A stretch of DNA of 64,000 nucleotides. It comes from Aplysia californica (lineage: Eukaryota). The notes beneath the pieces are model-generated. The model worked only from the letters and a program-made list of their open reading frames with translations. It was not told where the DNA came from and searched no databases. The position numbers were made by a program, and so were the translations under genes. The stretch covers positions 571,329 to 635,328 of the forward strand of contig NW_004797574.1 in assembly GCF_000002075.1 (NCBI RefSeq), given 5' to 3'. Shown here one piece after another: positions 49,401 through 61,400 of the stretch (positions are counted from its first letter, which is position 1; each line of letters opens with the position of its first letter).

Positions 49401-52400
49401 TACAATATTTTTGTCTATTTTTCCATGAAAATCTCTGTTGGTATTGGTATTTTGTATGACTACAGTGTGTTCTTGTCATTTTGAAATATTTGGTATTGCC
49501 TTGTCTGTTTTGAGTGCAATTTTGTGGATGGAAATTGACTGGAAAGTCATTGATGTTTATTTTTTCTATGTCGCGTCGTTATTTCTTCGCGAAACATGAT
49601 AAATGTATCTTTTGTCAAAAACCTTGTAACTTTTTTATCTTTTTTTCAATATGCATGAAATTTGGACACACATTGCAAAATTGGAAGTGCTTTTACTCCA
49701 TAATAAACTTTTTTGGGTATCTTAGAACACTTTTTTTTTTTCTTTCTTTGTGACTGTTACATGTTGGGAAATTTTATCTTTTTTTCCCCTGTCCCTCCCT
49801 CTAATAACAGAGCACTACATAGACAACAGTGGTCATATCATGATGAAATTACCTTCATTTGATAGGAAATTCAATTTCCTTTCCAATGGTATGTAATTTG
49901 ACATACTTTCTGTGGTATTTTATATTCTATGGTAAATCATACTAACCATGGGTGCCGTGAAGGCGAAAATGGTCAAAATACCAAGAACTGCTGAGAGTTA
50001 AGGAGGTTCAACCAAAAAAACAACAGATCCCAGATAAAAAACCCGACATTACTTTCAAGCCACTAGTGCATGAAGACCACAGGGGAAAAACGATGGTTGT
50101 CATAAACTGGAAATTGTGAGGGTGCCAAGTTTAAAAGCTTGTGGACTCAAAACTTCACATTTGTTTGACTGGTGGTTTATTGTTAAGTGTTGTAGAATGG
50201 GAAGTCTAACAACAGTAATCAACAAACAGTTGAACAGAAATACAATTATGAGTCAACAAGCGTTCAAAATTGATACCCCCACGATTTTCAGTTTGTGACT
50301 ACCTTAGTTTTTTTCCCTTGCAGTCTTCACATGAGTGCCCAAATAGCAAACAGATCCGAGAGAGCACACACGACTGACCTGTTGCTGCTGTTGCTGTGCG
50401 TGAAGGTCCAGCGGCATGCTGGGGTAACTGTGTAGGGGAGGGAACCGCTGCTGTGTGGCGGGGGCAAACTGGGGGAGAAGTTCTAACATTTTCGAGCTCC
50501 CAATCTCTGCTGGAAAGAAACATGGAAGAATAGTGTGGGTTAGTCATAATACAGTCTCCTAAGACATTCCACATCAACATGATAATGGTCATTTACTGCT
50601 GAGAAAAAGGAAGACAGACCGAAACAACAGAAGGAAAGAAATGAAGTAGGACCTGCAAGTGGCCCTCTCCAACCGCCCACTTCAAATTTTCGAACACAGT
50701 TTAGTTTTTTAGTTTTAGTAGACGCTTTACGGCGCTCGCAACCGCATACGGTCATATGAGCGCCAAAGGGACGAAGTCAACAGAGAAGTCCTTACAGGGA
50801 ATCAGACTTGCTCTGCTCTCCTCTCTAGCTTCAACAGCACAAAGTCTACTTCGACCATCAAGGCACCCCGGAAATAGCAGGTCACAAGAGAGTGACAAAC
50901 ATACAAAAGAAGTAGAGGAAAATGATTGAAAGGATTAGGAAAGAAAAAGCAGCAGTTCCCTGTTATAGTTCAGGCACAGTTATGAGCATGACATTGTTGG
51001 ATCAGCCCATTTACAATTCTACTGTGTATTAGAACAAGTAATGTCCCCCCTTTGGGAATGGCCTAAAGACAGTGGCACCAGGGGGTGGAACACAGTTTGG
51101 AGAGGGCCTCAACACCAAATAAATGACCACATAATATGAAAAAAAAACCTGTTGAATTATAATTGACCCAGTGCACTATTACGAGAGCATTTTTATCATG
51201 ATCTAGCTCACAGCGATGTGTATACAGAAAGCAAATGAGTAGACTCTACATAAACACAATGATAAAAGTACAAATATTTGGTGAGAAGAGTGCTAAGACT
51301 ACCATTCTCTTCAGATAATAACATGAGAGACCAATAGATCTATATCAAATGGCAATACTTTGGCGGGGTTTAAAACAGGGATTTTACAAACAAATTTCTT
51401 CCCCCACCTCCCCCTATGCAGTTAACAAAATACAAAAAAAGAACATTCTAGAGAGTCATCATCATTGCCTTTCTCACCCTGCACCAGGGTATAGGCTAAG
51501 AATAAACACATTCCACCTTTCTCTATCCTGGGCTAGCCTCTTTATGTTATTCCAGGTCTTCCCACTTTTGTGTACGTGAATTTTACAGAGTACTTTTATA
51601 TTTATCCGCCGCTTATACCCTTTTGAGAGTCGCGGGAAGAAAGAGACGTCTCTCTGCCACCAGCCGGAGAGTTTGGATTAGGGGGATGACATGAGCTGTT
51701 AGTGTTTCCCTGACTCCATCTATCCAAGTCTTTCTCGGTCTGAAGAGTAGCACAAAAAAAAAACAACTCACCAGGCCTGAAGAAATGCTGTTGTTGTTGC
51801 TGCAACTGCTGCTGCTGCTGCTGTATATGGGAGATTGAGAAGCCCGGGGGCAGGTTTCTCAGAGGAGGCTGAGTATTGTTCTGGTGTGCTGTTGGGGCCA
51901 CCGAGTGTGCGGGGAAGCCGGTACTGTGTGGGGGAGAGGCCAGCCGCCGGCCCTGGAGGTGTGGCCCGGCCGCCTGCTGGTGTAGACTCTGTTGTTGGTG
52001 CATGCCGTTCTCCTTCTCTATAAGATCTGCCAGGCCTTTGAATGATTCAGCGCACGGATCGAAACCTGAGGAAAAAAATTGAATCATCAGTACAAGGTGA
52101 TGATGTTTTGTTTGAGCGACTCATCAGATGCGCATCGACACAATAACAGTCATTAAGTGCTGGGAAAAAGAGATACAGACAAAAACAACAGAAGGAAAGT
52201 AACCTAATTTTAAAGAATGTATTATATTTTATGAAGGAGTACTACTTTGACAAGTCTGTAAAAAAGATAACCAGTCATAGACAGAGCTAAGTACTCATCT
52301 TTAAAGGAAAAACGATAATATCAAAGCTGTCCTCAGAAGAAAAGCAATTTGATATCCTTTGAGAGAGCCTAATATTGTGGGTAAATTGTTGCAAATCTTG

Positions 52401-55400
52401 CTAAGGGCCACTTTGAGAGTCCATTTTTTTTCCTTGTGGGCATACAACATCCATGCCTAAACTCCATGATTTTCAGTGGATGGACCCGCATAATTCAGCT
52501 GGACTGAGACACATTTGAAACCAGTGGTATCTGTTACATGTGTTGAAGAATATAACAAATCATAATTCTTTACTTTGAAAAAGCAAGAAAAGATGCGTTA
52601 AGTATTATGTCTACAATTTTTACAAGACTGAAACAGTTTTTCTCTGTCCTTTGTTTTCTGAGCCGAGAACAGTTGGGACAGCTTGCTGACTTCATGATGT
52701 TTCTCACTGACCTAGATCATCATCTGGAGGCAAGTCTTTGCTTTTAAACCCAAAGGCAGCGGACCAGTCTGTGCTGGAGGACACCGGCAAGGAGTCCGCC
52801 ATCTCTGGATTTGGCAACGAAACATTTGGCATTTCTGCAGAAGAGAGAAAAACGAAGGTATAATCAGAACACAGCGAAACCCGTTAAAACATTATTAATT
52901 AGTCTAATTACCACAGATTAATCCTATCCACCTTTTTAGTTACGTTTTAGTAAGAGTTTAACAGTACTTAAGACACAAATAGGCCACATAAGTACAAAAA
53001 ACAAGAGGTGCTACTAGATATATAGTAACATACAATGAAAAGTAGGACAGATAAGCACGATAGATGTTTGATAGGAAAGAAGGAGCAAACCGCATCAGAA
53101 CACCTACCAACCACCACGTAAACGTAGGTAAAATTAAAACAAAGCCAAAACAATTTATAATAAGCAACAAGTCACATTACAACGGGGCCAATCGCATCAA
53201 TCTTCTACACGGTTGTTGTTTATGGCAACACAGCATAGTAACAGATGCACATTGTCAGAAACAAAAACAGTATAGGGCGGACGGGGGGAAGAAATTCCAT
53301 GACAGGTGTCTGTAATAGCAGATTTGACTTTTCTAACCACAGAGCCCACCAAACCAGCCAGAAGCAACTAGTAGCGCAAACAATCTTGGAACAATCAAGC
53401 AGACGAGACACGTTAAATAACCAAGGCCAGGACAAACCTTGTGATGATGCACTTGGTGACGGGGCCTGCTGGGGCCGCGCAGGACACCCTGGGGGAAGCA
53501 GATTATTACCAAAGAATGAAAGACCTTGGGCACCATTGGCTTCGGACATAACTGGCCTTCTGTTAGACCCAATAGCACCAACCATACCGCATAAGACAGG
53601 ATCTCCAGACTGATGCGGATGTTGAAGCAACGAACTCTGTGGGGGAAAGACAAACATTTCAGATGAATAAAAAAACAACACAAAACCAACGAATGACTAC
53701 CACAAGGCAGTAAACTTTTATGAAAGTCCCCTACAGCTGTTCATTTACATTAGTCTCTCTGTAAAATTCAACAAGATATGAGGAAGATATATGAATTTCT
53801 ACGGAGGGACTCAAACAAAAAAATTGGCTCTCGTATTTAGCGTGAGTTTGCGAAAAGACGAACACATCAATGCAATAATGATCATTCAATGCAGGAAAGA
53901 CAGACAGACAAATGACACAATAAAGAAAAAGAAAAGAGGTAGAACTTAGAGGTGTTTTAAAAAGTAACATAGAGAATAGGAGGAGAAGAGACAAGGACGA
54001 TATTTTAAGTTTTAGAAAGGTTTTACAGCGCCTGCAACTGCATAACACAAGGACGATAGATATTGGAAAGGAAAGAAGAAGCAAAACCACACCAGAGCAC
54101 CCTGCAACCAACAGCCGAGAAAAGTTTAAAGCTATGGTACTCACCTGCCCCTGAATACCGAGCGTTGTGTTTGGGGAGCTGACTAGGGCAGAGGGTGGGG
54201 TGAGGCTGGCAGGTGGGCTGGTCACCGACGACGACGCAGAAGACGCAGCGGCAGCAGCAGACCGAGGCGAGACGGGTGGCTGCGGCTGTTGCTGACTGCT
54301 GGAACTGATCGTGGGCGGTGTAGGGAGTGGAAGACCTCGGGCAGGAGGCACGGCCGGCCCGTTGCTGAGGGGGGACAACTCCTCCCGCTCCCCACTCGGG
54401 GATACTGATGAGCTATTGCTACCACCTGGTGGGTTATTACTACTGGGGAAACAGCGACACGTCACAAAGCGAGTTAGTACAGAGAAGCACATCCACGGAA
54501 TAAAGGTCATTTAGTGTTTAGTTTAAGTAAGACTTACAGAACTTGTACAACACAATAGATCATAGAAGTGCATAAGACTATAGGCGTTAGGAGAGTAACA
54601 TTTTTTTTAATAAAAAAAGAGGCCAGATATGGATGTCTGACAAGAAAGAAGTCACTTTGTGTACAGAAAGAGCAAGACAGACAGACAAATAGAAACAATA
54701 CACGGGGGTGGGGGTGGGAGATGTAAAAAACCTATCAGTAGTGTCCTCCACCTATACACCTGCACTTAACAAATTGTACAAACATTTAAAAAGCTGTCTG
54801 AGATTTCTCTGCACTAAAATCTGTACCACCTTCTTGCTTTAGATCACCTCTAATTGGCCCCTTGCTTCTCAAACTCAATATATTGACCCTCAACAAACAC
54901 CTAAGCTCATTACTGCCGTAAGCTGACAAAAAGCCTGTTTTTTTGGTGTTTTTTTTTTTTTACTTCACAGCAGTTTCGAGAAAAAGAGGGTTTTTTTTTG
55001 TCAACGTAACCATTTAAAAATAGAGTGACTCCAAAATGTGAATTCTAATTTATTAAAAAACTAGTCAGTTTCATGTTGAATTTTTCGCACAAGTAGGGTA
55101 ACTGATCAGGCTTTCGATTTAGCAGATAAAAAATGTTGTTGTCAAAATGGAAAAAAAAGGCGTTTTGTCAGCTTACGTCAGATTATTCTCCCAAGTCAAC
55201 CATACTGGTGTTCAAGAAAATATCATGTTAGTTTAGATTCAGAAAGTTTTACCGTACTTGCAACACAATAAGGTCATGTAAGTGCTGAAGAGTGGAGGTG
55301 TTACAAGAGACAACAAACACAAAAAAGAAGGAGGAGAGATAAGACAGTAGATGGTTTGATAAGAAAGAATAAAACCACACTAGACTGCCTGCCAACCACC

Positions 55401-58400
55401 CACGAAGATATCTCATATTAGGTGCGAAAGATAAGAGGCGTCGGTACACAGCAACACACAAAGAAAAGGAGGAGAGATTATTACAATAAATGTTTTGGGA
55501 AAGAAGGAGCAAACCATACAAGAGTAGTGGCCACCAACCACCCACAAAGGTTCTCCAACCACCTGCATTAAAGCTGAGGAAAAAGCCTCACCTGTGTATA
55601 TGATTTTCCTCCATTGTACCATTGACGGCACCGCTACTCCCCCTCTGCCGGCCCGCCCCCACGGCCCTGCTACTGGAACCGCCTCCCATCTCCGGAGGGG
55701 TGCCCGTTCTGTGTTGGCTTTTACCGTTACTCGACTGGAAGGAAACAGAGGGAAACGTTTAGGCCACCAAAAAATGTTTACTTGTTAGAGTAAGTTTTGA
55801 GTAAAGCGGAAGCACATCGACACAACAGCGATTATGTAGCAGTGCAGGGAAAAGAGCAAGACAGGAAAAACAGAAGGAAAGTAAAGAAGTAGAATATAAC
55901 AGTGGCGCCCTCAAACCACCTCATTATTAACCTTTCATCAAAGTCGTTTACTTTAGTGCAATCTTTTCCCCCACAAAAGAACAAAAACGTTCCTGGGAGA
56001 GATTCACGTAAAAATCATTTATCATCCAAGCATTACATGCCCATTCCAATGCAAATGGCGTCATCTGTTTTATAAACACTGCTCAGTTTGCTTTTGGTTC
56101 ATTTTCCCCCTGTGTGGGGAGGGGGTTTTTTCTTTTCTTTTTTTTTTTTTTTTGGGGGGGGGGGTGTGTTTAATGCCATTTTCTGAGCACCTACCTGGGC
56201 CCTACAGCTGGAACCTGAGGAACTCTCCCCTTTACTGCCACCGCCCGGGGCCGGGGAGCCCGCGGGCGACTCCAGTAGCGGCCAGCCCGACGACTGCGAG
56301 TTCTGTTGGCTCTGACTGCCCGCCCCGCCAGGGTTGGGTAACAATGGACCCGACGAGGGGAGCGAGTGCTTGATATCACCTGTCATGTCCATCAACGATG
56401 GAATCACGTCGGAATTCTCTATAGACTGCGGAGACGTAGACTTTTTCCTGCAAGTAAAAAAGGTGAGAGGGACGTGTACGTTCAGGTCTGTGGACAGAAC
56501 AGGTGGGGTGTTTCGTTCAGAGAAATAAAACCCTTCCTGAAAAAGGGGCAAAAAAATTATGTCCCTCCTACACTTATGTTGTTGTTTTCAAATCCTTTTA
56601 GCTGCAAGCATTTGGCTCTTGGTGGCGCAATGCCTCCCTCAAGTAACCACATGTCCTTGTCATCTGGTCAACGCCAGAGTAGAGCAGGCTTTGTAAGTCT
56701 GTAGGTGTGTGTAGGAGCCTGCGTTGATGAACTGCTAGGTTTGGGCAGTGAAGGAGAAGATGTTCAACGGTATCCTCGTGGTACTCACAGTGTCTGCAAT
56801 GGGGTTCCCACATTGGGTAAATTCTGTTTATGTGCTTGTTGGTGAGTAAATGTCCAGTGCGGGCTCTGAAAATCTGCTACTCTTATAAATACAAATGTGT
56901 CTCTACGCGGTAGAATCAGGCGCTTGACAATTTTGTGCATTTAGAGTTATTGGTATCATCTTAAAGCTTGTTAATTCGACCAGGTCGCCTGGTTTCAGAG
57001 GTAAAATTAGCGACAAAATGGAAGCCAAAGTTTGGTAATCTCCAACGCTTGAGACTCCTTGGAAATTGAAAACGTACATTTGTTGTGCCTTTAATCAATG
57101 TTTTTCAGTAAAATCCACGCAGAAATACGTTTCTAGTTCTTTTAGTTTTAGTTGAGGTTTTACGGCGCTCGCAACTGCATAAAGTCATATGAGCGCCAAG
57201 GGGTTGATGTCCACAGAGAAGTCCATACAGAGAATCAGACTTACTGTGCTCACCTCTCTAGCTTCAACAGCACAAAGTCTGCTCCCCCCTAAAGACACTT
57301 CAATCAGTGGCACCGCCCCGGGGGGTAAATATGTTTCTGAACGGACATACAAGGCGTTAAGCCAAAAAACAAAAATAACAATGACAAAAAAACTATCAAA
57401 ATGGAAGTAAAATGCAGACATCTTCTATTTCATTATTTTGATGAGCGCCTGATTTCACCACGATGCCTCACAAATACTGAAGCATACAATCACCTCTTTT
57501 TCGGATTCTATCTTTCAGCTGTCTGAAGTCTGGACCACAACATTTTTCTCCAAAACTTGCTATCAATAAAAGTTTCATTTTACCCTGTTCACTTATTTCT
57601 TACATCAAAGAAACAACCTGAGACATGAGCAACAGGGAGATGTTTATTCATTAAGAAACGTGTATACTTACAATTTTGTATGAGCAGTGACGTGATTATT
57701 TGCAGAATTTTGAGCATTCAAAAACTGTTCTATCAGCATTTGTTCATACTCTTGATGTTTCCTGAGGAAAAAATCAGATTGATGTATAACCATGAGAAAA
57801 AAAGGCCAACCTGTTACAAATACAACTAACAATTTCACTCTTATTTTTAGGTTTAGTTTTACTTAGCATTTTACAGCACTCAAAACATTGTCATATAAGA
57901 GCTGAAGATTACAGGTGTTATAAGAGAGTACTACACACAAATAAGGATGACAGGTATTTGATAAGAAAGAAGGAGCAAACCATACCAGAGCAAACAACAA
58001 CCACCCATTAATTCTGATTTTACTTTGGCTGGATAAAAATCAGACACAGAAAACAAATTTTGTCTTGATTAATTTGTTTCTCTTCTAAACACTTCATTCC
58101 ATGTCATAAATACTAAAAATGTTTACGTACAAATAAACATGTGACACTAATCAGTGACAAGAGATCACAGCATAAAAAAAGCTGTTACATTGGTCATTCT
58201 TTATACTATTAATGATGTCAATAATTTTAGTCCGCGAAATAAACCCCTTGAATGAGAACAAAGCCAAATATTATCAAGAATCAGCAGGGCCCTGCTATAA
58301 AATGAAAATATCCCACTAGAGCATGAGCCATCACCTATTAGGAGTGTCTACACTTTGCCTTTGGTGTCAATGGAAAGAAACTAGTTGTGCTTCCAAAAAT

Positions 58401-61400
58401 ATAAAGCCTCACTTCAATGACTAGTGTGCTTACCCTGCTTGCATTTCATCTTTAGTAAAACTAGCAGCTTCTTCTCCCAACTCGTGTAAATACATACAGT
58501 CCTGGGGAAAGGAAAAAAAAAATATTCATGAATGCACTCTGCACAAAAGTCCTTGTCTTTACACTGACCTTGAGTATCCAATTTCAATATTAGTGATAAT
58601 TTTGCACTGTACACGGAGCAATATATTCATCATCAACTACTTTTTAAGAATTGTGGTGCTAACTTTGAAAGATAACAAACAGGTGTAGAGGTAACAACCA
58701 AACTATAAAAATGAATGGACACTAAAATATATCTGACAAAAACATGTTCACACTGATTATAATAAACACTATGCAGAATGTATTATGGATCTTGTTAAAA
58801 TAAAAATAAGTCTCGAGGGACTTCAACATGCTCTGCTATTTCTTAAACCACGTGCAGAAAATAACACAAGTAATTATAAAAACACTACAAGTTACTTACA
58901 TTCTTTTGGCAATGGGAGCCTTTCAAAAAATGACTGCAGTATTTAGTAGTTCCTAGGGATGTTTTTAACGTGCGCGCATCTACATGAACATTGTTCACAG
59001 TAAGAATCGCTCTGAGAGCATCCTCTGGTTTCACATAAGTAACATAGGCACTCGCACTTGGACCCTGGGGGAAAAAAAATGGAGGAATCTCGATGAAAGG
59101 CGAAGCATTGAAATAGATAATTAATTATTTTCCCTTTTTATTAATACAAAGAATCAACTGTCGCTTAAACAGCCAGAGTATTTGACGGCAGCAAATCTTT
59201 TGTTGTTACTTCTCACATGAGAGCAAGAACCTGCTAAACACTTCCGTTGATATTTTAATCTCCAGAGCATTACTTCAATTAAACTTTCCCATTATAATTT
59301 GTGACTGCCAGGGGAGAGGGAAGAAAAAAACCATTCAAGGGTTATTGTTATTCACAAGGAAAGCAATGAATGTAGTGCATGGTCTATGAAACAAAAATTA
59401 TTCATAAACTTAGATGAACAATTGCATGGTACACATTTTGCACAATACGAAATTTAAATACAAACAGAAACATAGTACTCTGCACACGTTAGTCAACAAC
59501 AATGAAATGTTTTGAAATGTTTATGGACAAACAAACTTTGTTCTTTATCATTTACAGTCAAGTTACAGAGAGTTCAGACCAGACAGTTTTGTTACAATTG
59601 TATAAGTTTAATGTGATGTTAACCCTCCCCGCTCTAATCCATCTCAACACACCTTTGAGTTTGCTTTTTGAGACATCCCCTGTAACATCTATCATGCCCA
59701 TAACTTTGGTTTTTCAGAAGCCCCCCCCCCCCCCCCCATCATTGTATTAGTCAGAAGAGGGTTATACAACACAAAATTTGACATCGTACATCTACCAGTC
59801 ACATAAAAAACACACCTGGGAGCCTGCGTACGATGTACTCTGATTTATCACCACCTTATGAATCTTCCCAAATTTGCCAAAATACTCGTGCTTTTTTAGC
59901 ACCTCAGGATCTGCAAGTCGAGGGGACAGACCTACCACAAACACCAGGTTCCTTTGCACAACCCTGGTAAGATACACACATACGCACATTTTACATGACT
60001 GCCACAATATTAAGGAACGGGATAGTTAGCAACAAGTACAACTTACCACTTTTTAATTTATCAATGTTTTGAGTTCTCAGCTCATCAAATGTGAGCATTG
60101 TAAGGATTTTAATGGGTATTTGAGATATATTTAGCATAAAATCCATCGAACTCGTCTTTACATTAATTCCACAAATAATATTTCATTACTTAATACACAC
60201 CACCAAAAAATGTTAAACATCAAAATTCATCAACAAATCATTAACCCATAGACTGCAAACTGTATATGCACCCCTAACATTGAGAAAAATTCCAGTGCAT
60301 GAGACATCACAGACCTCAATCAACAGTTATTTGTTTATTTTATGAGACGGATAAGTAGATGAAATAAAGAGAAGGCTTTGTCTACTGGCATGGACTAGGC
60401 AGAACAAGCCATATGTTAATAACGAAAACATGGAGACTAAACAAGCGCTCTGGGCCGGGATTTTAGCTGGTAGGAGATGCGCCTACACTGCAGTCAACAG
60501 GTTAATAATAAAAAGTCGATATTAAATACCAAATGAATACTGGGATGGATAAAAAAAGCATTTCAGTCCATAAAAGAGAGACATGACTGGAAAGCAATTT
60601 ACCTGACATTGGCTAAGTGTTTTCTGTTCTCCGCAGCTTTTTGCTTTCTTTGCACATCTTTTTGTTTCCTCTCTTTCTTGATGTTTTGCAATCTGTTGCC
60701 AGGAAAGACAAACATTTAGCAAAGCCTACACTCATCACAAATTGGTCACCCTTTGTTGAACTTTAAAAGAAGACACTTTATCACCAGAAAAAAAACCCAA
60801 CAACAAAAGCAATCAATTATCTTGAACTTTGACCGTTCTGTAGATATTCGATCTCCTCATCACAAACAATTAGTCATAAGCTTATGCCATCATAGAGCAC
60901 AGCCTGCAGTGAGTCATTACTGAGACATCAACCAGTTACCCAAACTCTCAAGTAATTCCAACACTGACAAAATGCTCTCAAACTCTACTTAACCTATTTC
61001 AGAAAATCCAAAATGAAACAAACAAAAACAACATCAAAATCATTCATTTCTCCGAATAATTGTAACAGAATAGGGCTGCCCACCCACCAGCACATGTTTC
61101 AGTAATTAACATAAATAACTAGTAATCTTGTTTTAAAATTTGTAATATGGCCATGGAATGCAATTTGGTCTTTCTCCCCCCATAGTGTCAAGGACGAATG
61201 AAATGTAAACTAAGGAGTGATGAAAGTGGTATCTGTTGGCTTTTCCTTGTCCAGTGAGGAAAAAAAGGACCTTGTAAGTGTGTGGTTGTTGTTAAATGTG
61301 TGGTTGTAAGTTATTGGCTGTCGGCCTGCCTCAGTTAAAAACAAAAGAAAGGGACTTGGTTGTTTTGTTTTAATAAGTTTTTTCTAGTTCCAGTAAGAGT

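Larger units (their letters stand above)
46950..49997 (+). mobile_element. piggyBac-superfamily DNA transposon, internally deleted, in a CNOT4 intron
   Basis: Perfect 13-bp TIRs (CTCTCAGCAGTTC at 46950; GAACTGCTGAGAG at 49985-49997) flanked by TTAA on both sides; transposase remnants inside. Confidence 0.93.

Noticed and set aside
52100-52135. CTGATGAGTC on the minus strand resembling a hammerhead ribozyme core
   Set aside because: No closing stem II or GAAA, and no stem I/III pairing found.
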